64,000 nucleotides of DNA from Chiloscyllium plagiosum (Eukaryota): positions 64,235,218 to 64,299,217 of the forward strand of contig NC_057719.1 in NCBI RefSeq assembly GCF_004010195.1. Direction: 5' to 3'. Positions 62,601 to 64,000 of the stretch are shown piece after piece; the first letter of the stretch is position 1, and each line of letters opens with the position of its first letter. The notes under the pieces are model-generated. The model was given only the letters and a program-made list of their open reading frames with translations, had not been told where the DNA came from and ran no database searches. Position numbers and translations under genes: made by a program.

Positions 62601-63224
62601 GATTCTGTCTATTATTCTGAAGCCAATATAACCTTAAAGTGTGATGCCCTGAACTGTTCACAGCATTCGAGAAGTAGTCTAACCAGTGCTTTGTACATAC
62701 AAGCAAGAGCTCTAGTACCATTGTACTCTAGATATGAAAGTCAGCGTTTCACAGCTTTTTCCATTATTTTTTATACCTATTTATGGTTTTTGTACCTGAA
62801 ATTCATAAGTCTCTTTGAATGTCTGCTGTTTTCATTTTGTCACTGTTAAGAATGACACTCAATCCTATGAGAGATTAAATTTTAAATCTGTTTTAAATTG
62901 GCACCCCATTGTTCTGAGACTATGCCCTGTAGTCCTAGACTCTTGCATGAGGGGAAACATCTTCTCAGCATTTATCAGCATGTAAATGAGATTTTTTTTA
63001 ATGCAAAAAAAAACTGAAATTCTGCTCACTACTTTGTGTTCTATTAGCTTCTGCAGGGAATCCGTGATTCTGATATGTGCCAAGCTGTATGCGAGCAGGC
63101 TCTGGATCAGCATCCGGGGCTAGCTGCTTGTCACTTTCTGGCCAATTACCTTACCATGCACTTTCACAAGAGTCTATCTGCTGCACGCCATCATGAAATT
63201 CAATCCATGCGCATTGGATCAAAG
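5435..63224 (+). CDS. ZFYVE26: Zinc finger FYVE domain-containing protein 26 (spastizin, SPG15), multi-exon, 3'-incomplete in this window
   Basis: 24 GT-AG exons with compatible phases splice to 5112 nt without stops. Peptides such as HPFGKEE, WKAAYFY, LLGWTHCQSLESA, SEAQWRYKVVTSN, PPESLLISCILRGNFAQAHQV and FDLACTQCQLWKTCKQLLETAERRL are colinear with spastizin as recalled. Confidence 0.97.
6412..7114 (+). mobile_element. CR1-clade LINE 3' end
   Basis: ORF2 C-terminus (LERVQKRFTRMLPGL…LFSLERRRLRG…WNELPEEV), 3' UTR and (atgactct)-type tail. Confidence 0.92.
7258..7570 (+). mobile_element. Old tRNA-derived SINE of a second family
   Basis: B-box ggttcgaatcc at about 7308. The 3' part (gggtaattagagatggg…gacacacatgccac) resembles the LINE tail at about 51490-51540. 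Confidence 0.55.
8124..8298. mobile_element. Diverged palindromic Penelope-like insertion (family A relative)
   Basis: Inverted arms gttatagtccaccaggtttatttgaagtcaca / tgtgatttcaaataaacctgttgggctataac. Flanking direct repeat tttaaaat(g/a)tag at 8112-8123 and 8299-8310. Confidence 0.7.
9255..10724 (+). mobile_element. Penelope-like retroelement, 5'-truncated and decayed (family B): RT + GIY-YIG endonuclease remnants + terminal repeat
   Basis: RT motifs MGPSYACLFVG…LHYIDD…FTNRFHPDLKFT…YTDSHSYLDY. Endonuclease remnants FTCTSTHIIYCIHCSQC and RLEEERLIFHLGTLQPHGINVDF in shifted frames. C/T-rich 3' region and hammerhead-like core at 10634-10661. Confidence 0.9.
11463..11541 (+). CDS. ZFYVE26: ZFYVE26 exon 3
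   Basis: 79 nt, WETLSSPHRLAWLWLLELERWWSHDQ; tgcag / gtaaat. Confidence 0.93.
11652..11741 (+). CDS. ZFYVE26: ZFYVE26 exon 4
   Basis: 90 nt, ISLPSNVRREIEFFLLLEQLQPQISQDVLK; accag / gtaatg. Confidence 0.93.
11986..12541 (+). CDS. ZFYVE26: ZFYVE26 exon 5
   Basis: 556 nt inside ORF 11980..12552 (…LCEELYDAC…); tgcag / gtaatc. Confidence 0.92.
12598..12772. mobile_element. Tc1/pogo (Tigger-like) MITE, degenerate
   Basis: Ends ggttctgctataac / gttagagtaaaacgacctgTA; same TIR family as 28077-28288. Confidence 0.6.
13746..13876 (+). CDS. ZFYVE26: ZFYVE26 exon 6
   Basis: 131 nt, …WKAAYFYSMSTNKHFVEQVL; ttcag / gtatgt. Confidence 0.93.
16382..16546 (+). CDS. ZFYVE26: ZFYVE26 exon 7
   Basis: 165 nt, ATALQLIKRED…LLGWTHCQSLESAQNLLCTLHQSK; gttag / gtatgg. 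Confidence 0.94.
17120..17570 (+). mobile_element. Old CR1 LINE 3' fragment
   Basis: Degenerate …gaggggaatctcacagaaatatataaaatcctgatgggact…gaagggccgaatggcttact. Confidence 0.75.
17685..18045 (+). mobile_element. Deu-SINE (SacSINE1/AmnSINE1-like), old
   Basis: Eroded Deu-domain blocks aaaggatcccac…ggagttct…gtgtcatggctaat…aacagtgactacac…gtcatgaaaagtg. Confidence 0.65.
18306..18394 (+). CDS. ZFYVE26: ZFYVE26 exon 8
   Basis: 89 nt, EQCCDAVLQDFCGGLSSHIEVLEWCLKWN; ctcag / gtaatt. Confidence 0.93.
18915..19260 (-). mobile_element. Deu-SINE (SacSINE1/AmnSINE1-like), old
   Basis: Reverse-complement blocks cctttcacga…gaagtgtggccact…aaatattggtcaggaca…actccctgttcttcaaaatagt. Confidence 0.65.
19387..19538 (+). 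CDS. ZFYVE26: ZFYVE26 exon 9
   Basis: 152 nt, NSIPEKDFIRHLHSLDCHSALYSLHHLTNLPAL…; catag / gtgatg. The donor is weak but is the phase-compatible GT before an in-frame TAG. Confidence 0.85.
20194..20385 (+). CDS. ZFYVE26: ZFYVE26 exon 10
   Basis: 192 nt, …NVTLYQAFCVLKYAIYAICINAHQ…; tttag / gtaaac. Confidence 0.92.
20535..20872 (+). mobile_element. V-SINE (HE1-like), young, full length with duplicated 5' head
   Basis: tRNA-like head, V core gtgtggagtttgcatgttctccccgtgtctgcgtgggtttcctccgggtgctc, tail …ccacactgtaatgtaatgtaatctaatctaa. Confidence 0.92.
21076..21777 (+). CDS. ZFYVE26: ZFYVE26 exon 11
   Basis: 702 nt, …LEVLENIFSLL…SEAQWRYKVVTSNKTT; aacag / gtaaga. Confidence 0.93.
21950..23905 (+). 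mobile_element. Old CR1 LINE, interrupted by a minus-strand CR1 (about 22385-22910) and a Penelope palindrome (23147-23447)
   Basis: RT-region remnants (ggatggattgagaattg…cagtgcttg…gatgacccaaactag) resume after each insert and run to a CR1 tail. Confidence 0.75.
23147..23447. mobile_element. Palindromic Penelope-like insertion, family A
   Basis: About 125-bp inverted arms. TSD tttcttgct at 23138-23146 and 23448-23456. Hammerhead cores in both arms. Confidence 0.85.
24496..24822 (-). mobile_element. V-SINE (HE1-like)
   Basis: Reverse-complement head gcagtgctaaccactgagctgccc and core cacatctttggactgtgggaagaaacc. Confidence 0.85.
25506..25815 (+). mobile_element. V-SINE (HE1-like), 5'-clipped, nested in CR1
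   Basis: tgcctcacagtaccagggacctgggtttgattcccgcc…gaagggcctattttcacactgtaggattctatga. Confidence 0.87.
25914..26892 (+). repeat. 370-bp direct duplication (25914-26283 / 26523-26892) separated by a 239-bp insert
   Basis: Constant offset of 609 from taaggtaccac to gagagctgcagcc. About 6 substitutions counted by eye. Confidence 0.95.
26284..26522 (+). mobile_element. Penelope-like fragment, family C, with 5' inversion
   Basis: Minus strand of about 26284-26330 encodes TRTKDPIPNMSKTN (resembles the KDP motif preceding PLE GIY-YIG). The + strand continues EPIYQPLQRT… into a hammerhead-like core at 26448-26487. Confidence 0.72.
27838..27962. mobile_element. Very short inverted Penelope-like insertion, family A
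   Basis: Arms aaagttaaaaatcacacaacacca / tggtgttgtgtgatttttaacttt. Perfect 12-bp TSD tcactataggca at 27826-27837 and 27963-27974. Confidence 0.87.
28077..28288. mobile_element. Tc1/pogo (Tigger-like) MITE
   Basis: TA-cacgtcgttctgctatagc … gttatagaagaacaacctg-TA: imperfect TIRs with TA duplication. Confidence 0.72.
28501..29053 (+). mobile_element. CR1 LINE 3' end (same young family as 6412-7114)
   Basis: gcaattctggtctccttcctatcgg…LRGDLIEIYKIMR…ctctatgactccatgactct. Confidence 0.92.
29350..29410. repeat. Compound (CT)n/(CTCA)n/(CA)n microsatellite
   Basis: Direct reading. Confidence 0.8.
30290..30437. mobile_element. Tc1/pogo-type MITE
   Basis: Perfect terminal inverted match TAcagaacaacctc / gaggttgttctgTA. 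Confidence 0.75.
30950..31042 (+). CDS. ZFYVE26: ZFYVE26 exon 12
   Basis: 93 nt basic exon GDLPCFTKNHRPLAKYSTLKKQSRIRRKRM, phase 1-1; tgtag / gtaaga. Confidence 0.82.
32251..32316 (+). CDS. ZFYVE26: ZFYVE26 exon 13
   Basis: 66 nt, HRTSLHLTVESVSGDLSTSTS; tacag / gtatgt. Confidence 0.88.
32465..32615 (-). mobile_element. V-SINE 3' fragment
   Basis: gaaacaggccattcagctcaacaagtccacactgac…ccctgtaaccctgcatttcccatggctaatccac matches 24510-24610. Confidence 0.75.
32931..34471 (+). mobile_element. L1-clade element 5' part: YY1 promoter motif, disrupted ORF1 (about 33090-33936), AT-rich 3' segment with poly(A)
   Basis: GGGGATCCAAGATGGCG 5' end. ORF1p motifs: coiled coil then LENQSCRKNIRLLGLPE, and FQDFSQALVRKRKAF…YSLLYPATLR. 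Frameshifts and a stop at 33714-33716. Confidence 0.88.
34480..36000 (+). mobile_element. L1-clade ORF2 C-terminal remnant plus 3' UTR
   Basis: Starts at the post-RT motif GGVHLPDLKRY. Cys-rich knuckle CPKCK…HC..SC at about 35237-35290. AT-rich UTR ending ttttcaataactaaaaa. Confidence 0.8.
36200..36610 (-). mobile_element. RTE-clade LINE reverse transcriptase fragment
   Basis: TPGKDGIPVELFKHG, NYRGISLLS and QHGFHANRSTVNLISSICQLQE on the minus strand. Confidence 0.82.
38697..38848 (+). CDS. ZFYVE26: ZFYVE26 exon 14
   Basis: 152 nt, …PMMLAPPESLLISCILRGNFAQAHQ; tacag / gtaaac. Confidence 0.94.
39612..40278 (+). mobile_element. CR1 LINE 3' end (young family)
   Basis: CVQFWSPSYRKAVVKLERVQKRFTRVLPGL…; colinear with the 6412 and 28501 copies. 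Confidence 0.92.
40684..40903. mobile_element. Palindromic Penelope-like insertion, family A, youngest copy
   Basis: About 37-nt unpaired tail (40684-40720) plus a near-perfect palindrome 40721-40903 centred on 40813. 12-bp TSD caatttaaacaa at 40672-40683 and 40903-40914. Confidence 0.9.
40819..40853 (+). ncRNA. Minimal type I hammerhead ribozyme motif (identical copy on the minus strand at 40773-40807)
   Basis: CAC-CUGAUGA-A-GGAGC-GUC-GCUCC-GAAA-GCUA-GUG: stem I CAC/GUG, 5-bp stem II, palindromic AGCU stem III, CUA cleavage triplet. Confidence 0.72.
42663..42855 (+). CDS. ZFYVE26: ZFYVE26 exon 15
   Basis: 193 nt, …ELMFMERYQQVINELAKVEQK…TLQAIGDAAAA; ggcag / gtaact. Confidence 0.94.
43101..43364 (+). 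CDS. ZFYVE26: ZFYVE26 exon 16
   Basis: 264 nt, MVFYSISDV…CQLWKTCKQLLETAERRL…; tatag / gtaaga. Confidence 0.95.
43819..43938 (+). CDS. ZFYVE26: ZFYVE26 exon 17
   Basis: 120 nt, RKINYVRHNPDGIQGFPAVLQRMSKILNY…; tgcag / gtacag (atypical donor, see findings). Confidence 0.82.
43998..44021. repeat. (TG)n(TC)n microsatellite
   Basis: Direct reading. Confidence 0.85.
44231..44670 (-). mobile_element. CR1 LINE 3' end
   Basis: Minus ORF HRFKVRGKRFKRDLR…NELPEEMEEAGTITTFKIHLDGYMNR. Confidence 0.9.
44860..45835 (+). mobile_element. Decayed CR1 LINE fragments
   Basis: agcatggttttatgaaagggaaatc, gtggatagaagattggttacctaacaggaagcaga, gaaaatgtaactcttttatacaaaagg. Confidence 0.65.
45848..46167 (+). mobile_element. 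V-SINE (HE1-like), young, full length
   Basis: gggcagcacggtggcacagtggtta…ccacactgtaagtaatctaatctaa. Confidence 0.92.
46980..47144 (+). CDS. ZFYVE26: ZFYVE26 exon 18
   Basis: 165 nt, …CSLIELLLACYPALSEDCV…; ggcag / gtcagt. Confidence 0.92.
48739..48966 (+). CDS. ZFYVE26: ZFYVE26 exon 19
   Basis: 228 nt, …DYVRSIFDYINTFSAVLVRS…; tttag / gtatga. Confidence 0.9.
48991..50160 (-). mobile_element. CR1 LINE 3' end interrupted by a SINE
   Basis: Minus ORF PGVGESRTRGHRFR…WNELPAEVVEAG. The LINE sequence resumes at about 49973 (tatcctatctacctgtgactccactttcaagga). Confidence 0.9.
49648..49972 (+). mobile_element. V-SINE (HE1-like), young, nested in CR1
   Basis: Full head, core and tail. tatcct is duplicated at 49640-49645 and 49973-49978. 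Confidence 0.92.
50314..50535. mobile_element. Palindromic Penelope-like insertion, family B
   Basis: 87-bp arms 50356-50442 / 50443-50529 match the terminus of the 9255-10724 element. Unpaired tail on the left. Imperfect TSD tttagaaagccag (50301-50313) / tttataatgccag (50536-50548). Confidence 0.85.
50648..50753 (+). CDS. ZFYVE26: ZFYVE26 exon 20
   Basis: 106 nt, …EVKIGNSFIILQQTPSQLFAHLLFEK…; catag / gtatga. Confidence 0.92.
51205..51545 (+). mobile_element. Old CR1/L2-type LINE remnant with deletions
   Basis: aaagccatgggcc…ccagaactggctacattcctacccaagctgtttcag (KAMG…PELA…KLFQ) joined to the tail ctagcaatgcccacagcccttgaaagaa. Confidence 0.55.
52396..52484 (-). mobile_element. Penelope-like terminal fragment, family B
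   Basis: gtggtgctggaaatgcatagcaggtcaggcagcatccgaggagcaggaaaatcgacgtttc matches 50359-50419. The hammerhead core is partly deleted. Confidence 0.8.
52952..53691 (+). CDS. ZFYVE26: ZFYVE26 exon 21
   Basis: 740 nt, …SALNFIKSRSKLLAVLVCL…; tttag / gtaaga. Confidence 0.94.
54474..54780 (-). mobile_element. V-SINE (HE1-like), young, full length
   Basis: (ttaga)n tail to catgccgccc head. cggtat is duplicated at 54468-54473 and 54782-54787. Confidence 0.92.
55245..55444 (+). CDS. ZFYVE26: ZFYVE26 exon 22
   Basis: 200 nt, QEGWKYLF…ELQVYEK; ggcag / gtttgt. Confidence 0.93.
55693..56142. mobile_element. Tc1/pogo-type non-autonomous DNA transposon with GC-rich interior
   Basis: TIRs cagagaaacctcaattatcggaa / ttcggataattgaagttcctctg. 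Subterminal ggataattga repeats are shared with 30290-30437. Confidence 0.72.
59308..59412 (+). CDS. ZFYVE26: ZFYVE26 exon 23
   Basis: 105 nt, ILNLGSPVPWSGWQELRIESSQNPQAVMDVILQAG; gatag / gtaagt. Confidence 0.92.
60630..60752 (+). CDS. ZFYVE26: ZFYVE26 exon 24
   Basis: 123 nt, EFELCEAW…LLHLLEKGDGERAFQ; cgcag / gtaagt. Confidence 0.93.
61305..61505. mobile_element. Ancient palindromic Penelope-like remnant
   Basis: gagagaaac…gtttcgggtca-ctCTGATGAaagg…tttctctcc…gctgcctgacctgctgagt…gatttccagcatc; shares gctgcctgacctgctg with family B. Confidence 0.5.
63048..63224 (+). CDS. ZFYVE26: ZFYVE26 exon 25 (last exon seen; gene continues past the window)
   Basis: 177 nt, LLQGIRDSDMC…HFLANYLTMHF…IGSK; attag / gtaagg. 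Confidence 0.93.
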
Positions 63225-64000
63225 GTAAGGAAGAGATATCACTTGGCCATTGGTGGTTCTTGTTATCAGAAGTTATGTACCATCATTTTTTCACTTATAT
63301 GTGTCAAGTATCTTTTGGTTTCTCACTATATGGATGACTACAGTTCTGTTTAACTGAACCCCATGAACTTCAAGTAAGATCCCAAGTGGAGTAGTAATAA
63401 TTCTATATCACAGTGATGTAAAGTTTGGATGCAGGTAAACGACTAAGGAAATTGGTCACTTTGATAGCACTTTTGTAAAACTGGTTATAAAATTGCTTTA
63501 GAAAGGGATATTCTACCATTGTATCTGTTTCTGTAGGCTGTGTTTCATGTTTGTTAATGGAAAAATCTGAGCAATATATGGTTGTTGTACCATAATGAGA
63601 TGCAAAGCATTAACTTTTGCAGTTATTGCCCTACGTGTTATGTGACCAGCATAACAACTGTAGTTGCACTCCAAAGTTGTGAACCACTTATGAGCATGTT
63701 GATGCCATTGTCTACTGCTTTATGTCAGCTCGGATAAAAATTAAGCTAATGATGCATGTTGAGGTTTTAAAAATGCCAGGTATTTCTTTGCTTGTCAGTT
63801 TTTCTCCATAACAGTCCATTAACATTTTGGCGCTATATATTCCTTTTGGTAGCTTTTACTAACTCTACCAGATTCAGCACGTGATATCTATTCACATCTG
63901 TCATCAAACCCATTGCTGATGTTGGAGCAGCTACTAATGAATATGAAAGTGGATTGGGCATCAGTGGCTGTCCAGACACTTCATCAACTGCTTATGGGGC

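Overview
This is eukaryotic (vertebrate) genomic DNA, almost certainly from a shark or other elasmobranch. That assignment is inferred from HE1-type V-SINEs with CR1-like tails and SacSINE1-like Deu-SINEs. The window holds the promoter/CpG island and roughly the 5' two-thirds of one + strand gene, ZFYVE26 (spastizin/SPG15). I traced a probable non-coding exon 1 and 24 coding exons (2-25, 5435..63224). All have GT-AG junctions and join into one open frame of 5112 nt (1704 codons) that resembles human spastizin as I recall it. The FYVE domain and C-terminus lie beyond the window. Introns are filled with retroelements (CR1 LINE pieces, V-SINEs, Deu-SINEs, an L1, an RTE fragment, Penelope-like elements) and Tc1/pogo-type MITEs. 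The most interesting signal is a set of short Penelope-like insertions from at least three sequence families. Several are near-perfect palindromes with target-site duplications and carry minimal hammerhead-ribozyme cores (CUGAnGA...GAAA..UH). The copy at 40684-40903 has identical, intact cores on both strands. Also notable are a 370-bp direct duplication bracketing a rearranged Penelope fragment and an L1 whose ORF1 is followed by its own poly(A) end. All family names come from pattern recognition; no searches were run.
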